Positions 22,501 to 30,619 of a DNA stretch of 64,000 nt are shown here, piece by piece. The translations under genes and the position numbers were made by a program. A model generated the notes under the pieces. That model did not search any database. It had not been told where the DNA came from and saw nothing but the letters and a program-made list of their open reading frames with translations. Position 1 is the first letter of the stretch. Each line of letters opens with the position of its first letter. The stretch comes from a virus, in the IMG/VR virus record IMGVR_UViG_3300034980_000576, positions 35,322 to 99,321 of that record, one strand, 5' to 3'.

Positions 22501-24695
22501 GAGGGAGCGTCCTCACCACAAACAACTATGCTCTTGTGATTACTGGCTCTGTCGCCGCGGCTTCCGAACAAACAACGGGATACCATGGCGGAGAGATCTG
22601 GGATCGAAGAATACCCTTCGAAGCCATTGTTGATCCAAACAGACACCTCCCGGGACATCAATATTATTCGATGGAAAGTCACCCCTCCATGAGTCTAGGC
22701 GCCACTTTCAGCACGTACGAAAATGCGTACGCATTCCTGCAAGAAGGGGGAGACGATATATACTCACTCATGGCTTCAAACTTCTTTGGACAATCGACGG
22801 CTTTTTTCTTAAAGAATTCAGACTTAACAAAACTTAAATCAAAAACAGTTACGGATGATTTGAAATTTAGACCAAATGAAGTATATGTATCACGAATTAA
22901 GCTTCGGCGTTCCGTCAATGGAACGCGCACCTACGACTGGGAATATGACGCTTCCAGCCAACCAGCATCGGTTGGCGGCACTCCGGTATCCTCCATCGCC
23001 AACGCAAGCAGTGCGTGGGCAACATTCGGAGCAAAAGTCATCTCAAGCGGCTCGGGGTATTCCCTATACGATAGTGTTTTTCCAGTCCCGCAGGATCCAA
23101 AGAGGAATCCATATTTCCATGAAACCTTTACAATGTATTCTCGTCCAACTGCATTCGGCCCCTCCTGCGCTGGACGCCCATCGGGCTCCCGCGCCGTTAG
23201 TGGTGCCTTTGAGCACGCTTCCTTTGATAGCTTTGAGGGGTATAATTCCGCCTTTACTCCACCATATACCAATGGCGAAGCCTGGGTTGACTTAATTTTC
23301 CGCCCCTCTGCTAGTATTAGTTACGATCTTGAGAGGATCCTGGCAGAAACTAAGGCAGTTAGTTGGCGATTTGATGCAGGCTATAGAGTCCTTCCCCCCA
23401 CCGCTCTCACTGCTTCTGAACCAGCAATGCCGGCACTTATTCCGGTTGAAAAACAAGTCCACAATGGCGGCTCAACAATAACCCCAGGCAGCGATAAAAC
23501 AACCCCCTCGATCTATGATGGATATAGAATCAACGTCAACTCAATGCAAGCTACATCTAGTCTAGACATTTTTGGAGTTGAGCGTGTTTTGGAACAGAAG
23601 ACAGGGAAGTTCGATACCATCGGAGAGTCAACTAACAAATCTGTCGGCAAAAAATGGGTAATCTCTCCCAAGTGGGAGTCCCCCATGCTGAACTTTAACG
23701 ACAAGGGTGTTCATCCAATTAGCACCGCTGCCGGCACCTTAACGCTGCCAGTATACGCTTCAGCCTCTGTCTCTCGGGGCATGTGGCATCAATTCGGTGT
23801 AATACCAAACGATCAGAACACAGGTGTATTCATGGAGATCGACACTATTCCAGAAGAATGGATTAAGAATCATTATGATGTAACAATCAACCCAAGTGCT
23901 TACAACAACAATAATCCCGGTGATAATCATGATTCCAGAGGACTCTATAAACGCGTGAAGTCTTTAGCAACGTTGTGTGGATTTGATAAGACTAACTCTT
24001 CGAAGCGATTAGGTGAACTTAAAGAAAAGATGACGGTCAAAGAAGCTGTCGTTGCGGTACCATACGTGATCGATGCCTTGGATGAGTTCGAATTGGCACA
24101 GGTTCCCGCATCGTCTCCGCAAAAGAGACAGCGCAAAAGATTTGTAACAATTCCACAGGCACGCTTCGATGCCGCCCTGAAAGAATTAGAAGGTTCCGCA
24201 ACTGGCGATTCCATGGCAACTGCCGGCGCCTCAATTAGAAAATTAGCAAAAGCCGTAGAAACATATGTGTTTCCTCCACAATTCGATTTTCTTAATAATC
24301 CCGATATTTCACCAATGGCGATGTACGTGTTTGAATTCTCTTACGAGTTTGACAAGGATGCATTATCATATATTTGGCAAAACTTGGCGCCAATAGATTA
24401 CAAGAAGCTGGAATTCCAAGCAGCATCAATCGCTCACAATTTAGGAAATAATGAAATCTTAAATGAACAAATCTTGATGAATAAGAATTTACGATGGATG
24501 GTTTTCAAAGTCAAACAAAGAGCCACCCAAAATTATTACGAACTTCTCCCCGATCAAGCAGGTGCCTCGACTGATCAGATTGATTTTAAAACTGGCAAAC
24601 TTGGAGAATATAATTTTGGATTCAACTGGCCATATGATTACTTATCTTTTGTAGAGCTAATTAAGATGGACGTTGATATATTACTTAAAAAGTAA
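13518..24695 (+). CDS. giant (3725 aa) baseplate wedge/receptor-binding protein with multiple LamG/concanavalin-A-like domains
   Basis: LamG motifs TVEFWMK..WNHYAI..ELYVNG; TFAAWVY..WTHIAITYD..KLYING..GNLADFAIWNSIL; GSLDEFRYW; TYGCWIK..KFYVNG..GQADEMSLHNTVLS. The motif FKSKGTERAMRSVLRCF resembles gp7/P2 gpI wedge proteins. Confidence 0.7.
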   Translation: MSIKKLFEDANKTDTFVADTSQKDAFEPVESQRNVEQKLRSQARYVPQVDYSDPTNFVKYGSARLYYESAFNRILDYYPYDGSQAEITKFHNNNLDIEEYILDKRYPKSTGYITLAKDGYSVSSIVDGYGVPTTNEYIDLKGGPGTGSAPSLLLQKLLPNPYNDSYKSSNLYSSNIYTDAGLPSDYGKGSRQSNLRANFDDGVTVEFWMKTGSMVPGAITDRQVIFDSWNNNAVSSADYGRLMIELTGTVNDFGGDKNPFVITVQSGANPPRSVGSMKLLGADSLHETMGDWNHYAIRLYNTGSSGKILKTELYVNGFRSDSSSWAPYSLKTKLEVQRTLGSAHSYHIADGQYRYTSSGSLQGWWRFDKSTITTTSPEPDASGNNHTGSISATAHAPATSTSTPSAYVQTTGSNVWGGDATDAVRIGTAATWDAIIGNNTGSATPRMPRTTEMMTFAAWVYKTGDGGGSPGKGRIFDFGNQDIALYSNTSEALLFNTKWNGNNIVQWTSATGVFSLNTWTHIAITYDARSAENRPKLYINGTLTAMPLSTGTQTGAYYGIAGQECVIGNNAAGNRNWAGNLADFAIWNSILDAEEIQTLYYAGQYTQAFDGITELNSKNMIARIGALVTSPVSSSAPAGAGRLSGSLDEFRYWKAARTPKQIGEYWFDQVRGGANSDIANADLGVYYKFNEGITTNTAIDSIVLDYAGRAVNGVWTGYSTTSRNTGSAIVSASAAAFEFEDPIIRSTHPSVVSLKSELITSGTSYDYNNNASLMSLMPGWIQDEAADSDNSDLYYINHIAGTYFDKIHLQISQLPALRHINYVSSSHKPLPFSKHLPQSLGLYAPEMFIESDVLETFADRDSTTLFENKLDETKNLIYQNLYNNLAHIFKSKGTERAMRSVLRCFNVDNGLYNVSINSNNEEYVLRNNLKHSLLRKNFLNFANLENTTGVVYQRKTGSSTAEQGSIRGHSIYVHPDWMQAKYGFTCESNIIFPAYVSDYTTFVRDSNFNRVHLFGLEQVENRNAASITGSDTTYTPGREASFRVYAVRESIGSRNVYFHLTSSRTDGLGISLTSSVFLNVYDNEPWNLSIRVEPQNLLQAGVINRGTSTPLYNVIFAGFNPKTANEIDSFKVSASVSDTVGQQFITGSRRLLVGADRTNITGDLNYRSDVQVASLTYWTKALHDDDLKTHAVDFENIGISGSLQTISPFESGSVDSINRYALALNWNFENVTGSGAGGDFIAQDYSSGSAALINGDFGWNGKLAGYRYPGFAMHFPTSSTGVTTKKEINTYKFINPEQVVASDLVQTFSDEDILYPNLRKEEIVPNYVFSIEKSIYNAVTEQMLDFFAGAIDFHSLIGDPVHTYRGRYKELEKLRGIFFERVKSVSNVEKFLSYYKWFDESITTILSQLVPASSEFVDNLLNVVESHVLERNKYQNRVNIIDSNTFWLETDMTSAPTTAGITVGGGAGALVSPPASPRPTNKGVQYWQTRAERDIAEISSGDATIDAQRDTFRNVIWSRPHVSGALPRLFTDAGTAYLPGSFARNNSSMLPNIRAQIDNTNNQIYKWERPSITQNEIKGGTNFNKGKSLEYAYSAVYPGGPVNTDDGVFVPQNVLIGFVGEAIELTNYENISWPEDLVRTRQKTFKVQHGREWEDGIGYKNTKSEFAFPFNVLSSSVEVRSGYNKEVVDQVGRNIEITNLHNDAYGDLLEVPMQGPFTEELVGGHQSRHVPLNTGTDTPYNRPEAWRLLLGTCNILPSGAIGLVGPDYPPVDFNPSPGTNPDLVYPYPNYEKAYLYRDFVAKSPVNIKNIKAVNSTNTNTVMGNYIRKYEIVYSFGAYNNPRAFVETQPTLPSQLSLVNYTTNVRTILDIHRGEQDHFEFVGDYSTSYLTGATNKSIITTRFSAPGGIEAETRGYQDFKAAEYSPYNVLTYRNLSVKKPSQGPSGTLSEPPGGTPSTSRVYDIHGLDYGLNSHRARYAARFGRDSLHVTSSGNLPGASYDQLPAMFKTNRNPKESNTIIYSFTQSSIPDTGLINDKTIDIDTGGTGIIAVIQDATKRTERVFDATYALSNENSVMFTYGCWIKPDAGGMKLFELGFAGTSAKPIHQLQKQSGGELRYTFDTTDGAGNFTSGYYQTSGTPITGSLWKQAMITVSGAHGVLPSTGPTVKFYVNGVEYASTYSGATGRAYFPTSSQNVSNFRGYGAALTKPVAFFGRIDSISGYEYTGQADEMSLHNTVLSAADVDVLYNSGYPQNLTQSAIAGSSSLLSWWRMGDSPSDDMSGEGLNAISPLSASGGNVIIDVKNSANIHFTAQSGNLLKAETGSASSLPGQPPSTYSEEYISGYGSKKEYDNYNIQHQIPRSDRQYMWISNSVVDVSNIRYAGYQYTNAGINNPDNFQREPYRTSSAGLTPYWDFVSSSNASTGSFYQPTNRLNIVINDPVDFTNNTIGTTTIEDYMNYDLIDSSSTAGTRLPNYLNQLLASRGSNYGWGWNRTRQADNRIILNQKATNTLRMVTDRARMLSASYRLPPLSMKGRTALVNYDQKSALGRDVNISLRISNTNNNIFFPELDLNNYAAINYNAVYNPLQKVLSVVRKGSTGTPLNWVLYSQNIFPSIRNEFVSSSSKRLNFDNGYWRASNAERITLGNTEENSFGVNLSQSSWVLDVAENFLTRSAVVTASTGDNRFYNLRQTKAGELQNTYYKYFTVPPNFTRISAVYARTHELDTMASVVSPQGPVVPQTGSGGKSGSAGSGHFQRGSASFETAALLNQPFGGEAVWEAGSQAGTVTKTAAGLTFTSAPSEPWFGTYDLFNENIKLKAKGFSVVPEYRMSEHVSNYYKYGYMNKTVSDMFEIPGTIFDSSTGSFYKDFSNTDFLEGFLGVKAQTLLSASEIRISCTGAIKYNPYEGFYPAQRTQQLVAQFSSSFMNYFGVKEYGAAPWFPSSVGSSYFNSKVAGIMKNLTDCVFSPGILYNSIKSGIAVDYPVIHDASKRATGSFGGSVLTTNNYALVITGSVAAASEQTTGYHGGEIWDRRIPFEAIVDPNRHLPGHQYYSMESHPSMSLGATFSTYENAYAFLQEGGDDIYSLMASNFFGQSTAFFLKNSDLTKLKSKTVTDDLKFRPNEVYVSRIKLRRSVNGTRTYDWEYDASSQPASVGGTPVSSIANASSAWATFGAKVISSGSGYSLYDSVFPVPQDPKRNPYFHETFTMYSRPTAFGPSCAGRPSGSRAVSGAFEHASFDSFEGYNSAFTPPYTNGEAWVDLIFRPSASISYDLERILAETKAVSWRFDAGYRVLPPTALTASEPAMPALIPVEKQVHNGGSTITPGSDKTTPSIYDGYRINVNSMQATSSLDIFGVERVLEQKTGKFDTIGESTNKSVGKKWVISPKWESPMLNFNDKGVHPISTAAGTLTLPVYASASVSRGMWHQFGVIPNDQNTGVFMEIDTIPEEWIKNHYDVTINPSAYNNNNPGDNHDSRGLYKRVKSLATLCGFDKTNSSKRLGELKEKMTVKEAVVAVPYVIDALDEFELAQVPASSPQKRQRKRFVTIPQARFDAALKELEGSATGDSMATAGASIRKLAKAVETYVFPPQFDFLNNPDISPMAMYVFEFSYEFDKDALSYIWQNLAPIDYKKLEFQAASIAHNLGNNEILNEQILMNKNLRWMVFKVKQRATQNYYELLPDQAGASTDQIDFKTGKLGEYNFGFNWPYDYLSFVELIKMDVDILLKK

Positions 24696-24710
24696 CCAAT
24701 TTAGATAGAT

Positions 24711-25808
24711 ATGGCAAAATTTCTCGACAAAAAAGAACAGGTAATTGATTTTCAGTTGACACCATATGGGGTGCAGAGGCTGTCTGTTGGCAAGTTAAAG
24801 CCTGAGTATTATGCATTTTTTGATGATGGAGTGCTGTATGATTCGCAATACGCTGGTTTCTCTGAAGATCAGAACGCGATAAATCCTCGAATAAAAGAAG
24901 AAACCCAATATTTAGAGGGAATCCTTCGTTTCGAAGAGATAGAAACCTCCGCGCCACCCCCTCTCTATCTGGAGGCGACAGAAGGAGACTCCACAATTCT
25001 CAGATCTGATATTGATATATCCCCAGCAAAAACAAAATTAAATGCTAATAAATATTCTTTTGGAACCGCCATAGGATCTGCAAAATTTGAAGGAAAGAAC
25101 ACACAAGCTGCACCAGCATGGAAAGTAGTTACATGTCAAGGTGAAATTCAATCTTCAACTGCAATTGATGAAGCAAAATATAACTTGACGCCAGCTAGTT
25201 CTGACACAGAAGCTACTGAATTTAATATTCCACAAATTAATGTTACTCTAAAGTATACTAAATTAGTTGAACCGCCCTCTACTTATGCTGGCAGAGATAC
25301 TGTTGGCGATATGATTAGCGAAACGCCAGCTTTTGCTGATGGAAACGTTATAAAATTGATTAGAAATGATTTGGTTATATATGTTGAAGAACAAAACACC
25401 GCGTTGCTGGCTGAAAATTTTGATATAGAAGTATTTGAAGTGACGCGAACTACCGTCGAGGACTCATCAATCACCCAACTTGAGAAAAAATACTTTGAGA
25501 GAGAGGTGAACCAGATAGTAGACGGACTGATGGTTAGCCCCACACCCCACAATAAAAAAGAGACAAAGTTAACAACTGCCGCGGTAGAATATTATTTTGA
25601 TGTCTTAAAAGATAAACAAATAAATGATAAAATAGCATGTCAATGCGCAAGTTCTTTTAATAGAGGCTCTTATTATATTGATATAGATTATGATTGCGAC
25701 AGCAAAGAAATAGAGGAAGTTTACTATGATATCTATGGCAGCGTTACGGTACCCGAAATATGCGAACCATACCCCACGGATCCGACAGATTGCGAGGATG
25801 ATGAATAA
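24711..25808 (+). CDS. putative tail/baseplate protein; N-terminus paralogous to 35177 and 36332
   Basis: FLDKKEQVIDFQLTPYGVQRLSVGKLKPEYYAFFDDGVLYD aligns by eye with FLDNSGNIILDTVLTEIGRKRMATGNFKISKFALGDDEIDY. Confidence 0.55.
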   Translation: MAKFLDKKEQVIDFQLTPYGVQRLSVGKLKPEYYAFFDDGVLYDSQYAGFSEDQNAINPRIKEETQYLEGILRFEEIETSAPPPLYLEATEGDSTILRSDIDISPAKTKLNANKYSFGTAIGSAKFEGKNTQAAPAWKVVTCQGEIQSSTAIDEAKYNLTPASSDTEATEFNIPQINVTLKYTKLVEPPSTYAGRDTVGDMISETPAFADGNVIKLIRNDLVIYVEEQNTALLAENFDIEVFEVTRTTVEDSSITQLEKKYFEREVNQIVDGLMVSPTPHNKKETKLTTAAVEYYFDVLKDKQINDKIACQCASSFNRGSYYIDIDYDCDSKEIEEVYYDIYGSVTVPEICEPYPTDPTDCEDDE

Positions 25809-28800
25809 TGGGCTCTGATCTATCACCGTTGTTTCCGTCTTTTGGTAAAGTGTTGGGGAAAAATCTCCCGACACCGGTGTTCCGTTCTATCGAGATAGGA
25901 ACCCAACCCGTCGGCGAAGAGTACGCCGTCCACGACTTAGCTATAAGTGCCAATTTAACCATAAGCCTAACGAAGCCCGACAACGACAAGATGAACATAA
26001 CAGAATTGTTGGAAAACTATTTTAACGATTTATATTTGTATGTTTATTTTAGCCCATTTGAAAATGTCAATACCACGTTGGAGGAGAAAAGATTAAATTT
26101 AAGAGATCTTTTCGACGCTTATAGCGATAAAGACGTAACGGCACATAATTTTGTCGGCCCTGGATATGGAAGTACCGGAGGGGCGTCGGATTTTCCAACC
26201 TCTATATATGAATATGTTATAGAATTTCAAAAAACTTCATTTTTAGAGAAAATGTTTCCGTCATATTTTGAACCGATGACAAAAACATCAGACGCCGAAG
26301 ATACAATTTTGGGATATACGATCGATCAGGCAAGGAATTTATTAGAAAATCCAACCCAGGACGCCATCTCCGGCATTGGCGTGAATCCCATATATCGATT
26401 GTTTTGGGGATACAAGGGGCCCGCTGGCAGATGGATCGCGGACACCGATATCGGCACCACCGCACTCACCGGCAATTTTGGCGGTGCCGGCGGCTGGCTA
26501 GAGAGTGAAGGTAGAGGTAACCCGCCATCAGACCGCAGTTGGATGCGCCACACTTTGGAGTGGACTCTCACCTTTTTGAGCCGCGGCGGATATGAGGGAG
26601 GAAACAGTTCATGGCGCCATAAGATACGCTTATCTGATTTTGCTTCTACTGACAATGACTATGGCGCTATAATAAATGAAAATCAAGAATACGACAAAGA
26701 AGGCAATGCAATATTTAAGATAAGCAATATTAACACCAAAACTTTTCTAAATACGGCGCACGCATCCACCGGCGACGAATTTGGCTCAGTGACGTCTCGC
26801 TTGAACGTACTAGAAAAAGTATTTTCTATTGCTTTCGTTGGGCTTGATATCGAAAAAATCGGTACTACTACCGGTCCGGACGACTCGCGAAGCGATTCGT
26901 ATGGGTGGGGAGTTCCCTATCTCGATGCCGACACCTATACTATGGAATTCGGCGGCACCCCCGGCGTTTATGATATGTTACCCCGCCGTTCCTTATTCAA
27001 CACTTATTTCGGAAATATAGTTTATGAACATGTCTTAGAAAAAGGAAAAGTAGTCGAAAAACCAACAGAGGCATTCTATAGAGTTTCAGATGAAACTCAG
27101 TACGACGATGTCCCAATACAAGCATTGAATTCAAGGTACTATGTGAACGAACCGGTTAGTAGAATCACTATAGAAAAAGAAATGAAAAAATTAATAGACT
27201 CTTTCGAACTGTGGCGCCCCAGCAATGAATCGTTAGACTCAAATATAAAAAATTTGGAACATATCTTAGAAACCACCAAAGAATCTCCAAACATTTTTAT
27301 GAAATTTAGAGATTACATGCGAACTTATAGCGACAAATCTCCCATCAATCATGCAGGCAAATTTTACAGCGAGTTTAGATCTTTGTCAACACAATTAGTC
27401 AAATCTGTTATGACACAGGATAGAGTCACTAAAAAGGTTTTCAAGAACACGGTAGTATATGATGCTCGGTCCACTTTTAGTACCGGCGGAGTTATCTCGA
27501 CGGAATATGTTGCACCATATATATATACTGAACAGGAGGGTTTCAAGGCAGGACGAGAAGACAATCCATTTGGAGATTATATTCCCACCGATTGGGCGCG
27601 ATATACCAGCAACGTAGTTTTCAAAAGGGGCGCCGGCGCTGGCTTCTGGGGTGCTGCCGCAGATAAGGAAGATTCAGAGTGGTTTAACATTTATTATCTT
27701 TTTATAGCGGGCTTGAAGGGCCCCATAGATCACACAGTCGGTGGCCCCGGGGATCCGACACCACCAGCAATCGAGGCGCTCCTAAGCGCGCATGATGTAT
27801 CCTTGTTAAAACCATGGCAAGACGCCTGGGCTGCCGAGCCGCCCACCGTCACCGAACCAGAAATTCTCGCCGAAGCTGTGCGCCTAACAGATAATTATTT
27901 TAGATATAACAGCGAGTATGAAATACTAGGGATACACGACTACGCCGGCGGCGGAGGAGGCTGGTCCGCATCCGCAGATCATCAGGGAAATAGGGTGGTT
28001 ATCAATGACGGATGGTTTTTCTTCGACTGGGAAAAGGCGCTACATACTTATTCTGCCTTGGCTCATTTTGCAAGTCCGTCTGCAATACAGAGATTCCTGG
28101 GATATAGAATACCATATGAGAACTTCCCTGTGCTGACGGCTGCAGTAACTCGCCGCGGCGTCAACAATAATACTGAAGAAGCCGGCCATTTTATTGAATG
28201 TCGCATGGGTTCTGAATACAACGATTATAGGGGGGGCACCGCCAGCAGCAAATATCCCTACAGTGCATATAGTATAGCCTCTCATACTGAGGATTCTGAT
28301 AAGTTTGCTATTGGTTCAATGCTCTATCATAGTCCAGGCGGCGCCGCCGCAAGAGACTCAGAACCCACAATTCAAACTGAATCCTATTTAAAATTCGTGA
28401 ATTTTGATGTTGTTAATCGCGATATTTATACTGGTTTGAAAACATTGCGAAATTTTGCTCCATGGACACCTGAATATCCATATGCTCCAATAGAACTAGG
28501 TTCCCGTGTTGGTGGTGATTATCGTTTAATGGCATATCAATTTAGAGATATAATGGATGATGACGTCGCCTATTATAATGCGATCGCCGGAAACATTCCG
28601 GACGACGAAGATACAACCGCCGAGTCTAACGCCAAGAGTGCCCTCGAATCGATCAACACTGAAGGCGTACCATTCGGACAGTATCTTTTTTATGTTGCCG
28701 TTGAAGATAAAAGTCTTATGGTTTTAAAAGAATTGTACAATAGCTTGGTATCTCCTGTCGGTGATAGATTCGGGGAATATAGAGAAAGAGCTGAAGAAAT

Positions 28801-29929
28801 GTGCAGTTATAACAATATAGAAAATAAATTTAATACTTTTTTTGCTAATGGTATGGAAGAACATTATGGCGTCGGAACTCCCCCAACGCTGACAACTCCT
28901 GCCGGCCCACCAGAACCCCAACCACCATGGTTTGAAACACCATATCTTATTGCAGCTTTCACAATGGTACTACAAAGGCAGTACAAGTCTAGCGATATTA
29001 AAAATTATGATCTAGAACAGCAGGTACTCGACCGCGCGATAATTATAGCTAAGCAATGTAACCCCCGTACGGGAAGCCTGCAGGGCATAGAGCAAGTACA
29101 GCTTACCCTTAAAAAAATTGAGGATATGCTCTTATTGCAGGATGAAAATACTTTTGCAAAGGTTCATGAGATCCTCGGTGACCCCCACGTGTACGATGCC
29201 CACACGGCTGCGACGACATATTACTACCTTTCGAGTAGAAACTATGCCCTGACTCCGCATATCAATGCGGCAGGATCCGCCGGTTTTGAATTTTTTCCAT
29301 GGAGCGGCGGAACGCTACCTGCCAAATGCGCATACTTCTTAGGCTCTATGATTCAAGATCAGCCTATTTTTGGAGATGTCATGCTCGATAATGAGGACTT
29401 GCGCTTGGACATAGAAGAAGTTATAACGACGACGGCCCGCCACCCCCCAGCCGGCGATCTACGATCTGGGTATATATATATTACTGCCGGCCAACGGGAA
29501 AATAACTATAATGACTCGGAAAGTCCGGACTTAAACCTATATATTAGCGCGTCACCCTACAGCGGTGGCGATTTGGTGCAGAGGGGTATACCAGCCGCGT
29601 TTGGCGGAGAAGACTTCGACTTGCTTGGGTTCGACAATATTACGGCACGTGTTGGAAACTTCATCGGCACCACCGGCTACGAAACCGGGGCTGATGCCGC
29701 CGATGAAGACGACCCGTACTGGGATAACCTGGATCTATCGCCAGAAGACTTCGCCGGTACCACCTCAGACAGATGGTATAACTTGAAGCCTACTGGCTAC
29801 GGTACCTGGATATGGGAAAAAAGAAGCTGGGCGGATTATGACGGCGACCCGGGGAGCCAAGTGGCAACAGGCGAATTCCATTGGCCATGGTTAACCCACA
29901 CCCCCGGCGGCAGTTGGACGCTCGAGTGA
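25808..29929 (+). CDS. large hypothetical (probable virion) protein, 1373 aa
   Basis: Long ORF coupled to the upstream stop (TAATG) within the structural cluster; no family recognised. Confidence 0.6.
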   Translation: MGSDLSPLFPSFGKVLGKNLPTPVFRSIEIGTQPVGEEYAVHDLAISANLTISLTKPDNDKMNITELLENYFNDLYLYVYFSPFENVNTTLEEKRLNLRDLFDAYSDKDVTAHNFVGPGYGSTGGASDFPTSIYEYVIEFQKTSFLEKMFPSYFEPMTKTSDAEDTILGYTIDQARNLLENPTQDAISGIGVNPIYRLFWGYKGPAGRWIADTDIGTTALTGNFGGAGGWLESEGRGNPPSDRSWMRHTLEWTLTFLSRGGYEGGNSSWRHKIRLSDFASTDNDYGAIINENQEYDKEGNAIFKISNINTKTFLNTAHASTGDEFGSVTSRLNVLEKVFSIAFVGLDIEKIGTTTGPDDSRSDSYGWGVPYLDADTYTMEFGGTPGVYDMLPRRSLFNTYFGNIVYEHVLEKGKVVEKPTEAFYRVSDETQYDDVPIQALNSRYYVNEPVSRITIEKEMKKLIDSFELWRPSNESLDSNIKNLEHILETTKESPNIFMKFRDYMRTYSDKSPINHAGKFYSEFRSLSTQLVKSVMTQDRVTKKVFKNTVVYDARSTFSTGGVISTEYVAPYIYTEQEGFKAGREDNPFGDYIPTDWARYTSNVVFKRGAGAGFWGAAADKEDSEWFNIYYLFIAGLKGPIDHTVGGPGDPTPPAIEALLSAHDVSLLKPWQDAWAAEPPTVTEPEILAEAVRLTDNYFRYNSEYEILGIHDYAGGGGGWSASADHQGNRVVINDGWFFFDWEKALHTYSALAHFASPSAIQRFLGYRIPYENFPVLTAAVTRRGVNNNTEEAGHFIECRMGSEYNDYRGGTASSKYPYSAYSIASHTEDSDKFAIGSMLYHSPGGAAARDSEPTIQTESYLKFVNFDVVNRDIYTGLKTLRNFAPWTPEYPYAPIELGSRVGGDYRLMAYQFRDIMDDDVAYYNAIAGNIPDDEDTTAESNAKSALESINTEGVPFGQYLFYVAVEDKSLMVLKELYNSLVSPVGDRFGEYRERAEEMCSYNNIENKFNTFFANGMEEHYGVGTPPTLTTPAGPPEPQPPWFETPYLIAAFTMVLQRQYKSSDIKNYDLEQQVLDRAIIIAKQCNPRTGSLQGIEQVQLTLKKIEDMLLLQDENTFAKVHEILGDPHVYDAHTAATTYYYLSSRNYALTPHINAAGSAGFEFFPWSGGTLPAKCAYFLGSMIQDQPIFGDVMLDNEDLRLDIEEVITTTARHPPAGDLRSGYIYITAGQRENNYNDSESPDLNLYISASPYSGGDLVQRGIPAAFGGEDFDLLGFDNITARVGNFIGTTGYETGADAADEDDPYWDNLDLSPEDFAGTTSDRWYNLKPTGYGTWIWEKRSWADYDGDPGSQVATGEFHWPWLTHTPGGSWTLE

Positions 29930-30040
29930 CACACCACCCTCTAGAAATATACATATTTAATTAACTTTAGTGATTATGATAACAAAAAGCGCTCATTCTC
30001 ATAATTATTTAAATACAAATACATTTTTTATAAAAACACA

Positions 30041-30619
30041 ATGAAAATAAATCCAACAAATCCAAGAATTAACGCATCTTCCGCCGCAGAACTCATTCTG
30101 AGTACAACGCAGGATATATTAATTAAGCAAGGTTATCAAATCAATTCAAACCCGTTGGGGATTACCGTCTCTCGAATGTCCGCAGCTATTTTGGATACGT
30201 TTAGTGTGGTGGTATCGCCCGAACTAAAGGAGTTCTCCTTAATACAAAAAGCAACATCAGAACTCTCAATTGATAATCCTTCTATAATCGATCCCTCGAT
30301 CGCCCTTATGACGCCCGGGCTCTCAGACGCATTCGAAATTGGCATGACGCTTGATACTGACGATCCTCTTTTCGAGCAAGATGCTCAGCTTACTTATGCT
30401 CAAAGCCAAGTATTCGTACGAGACACCGCAGCCACACGCGGCACCGTAAACTTATATCCCATAGCACAAAAAATGAGTGCAGCACAGATCTCAGTCGGCG
30501 GCTCAGACAATAAATATATGATAAACAAAGAGAACCATACGCGCCTGAATATTTCAGGTAAGGGTAAATCTGCCCAGAAATCTAGAACCCCGGGTCCTGG
30601 TGATGGTGGAGCATACTGA
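30041..30619 (+). CDS. hypothetical protein
   Basis: 192-aa ORF after an AT-rich intergenic gap; its stop overlaps the next ATG. Confidence 0.6.
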   Translation: MKINPTNPRINASSAAELILSTTQDILIKQGYQINSNPLGITVSRMSAAILDTFSVVVSPELKEFSLIQKATSELSIDNPSIIDPSIALMTPGLSDAFEIGMTLDTDDPLFEQDAQLTYAQSQVFVRDTAATRGTVNLYPIAQKMSAAQISVGGSDNKYMINKENHTRLNISGKGKSAQKSRTPGPGDGGAY

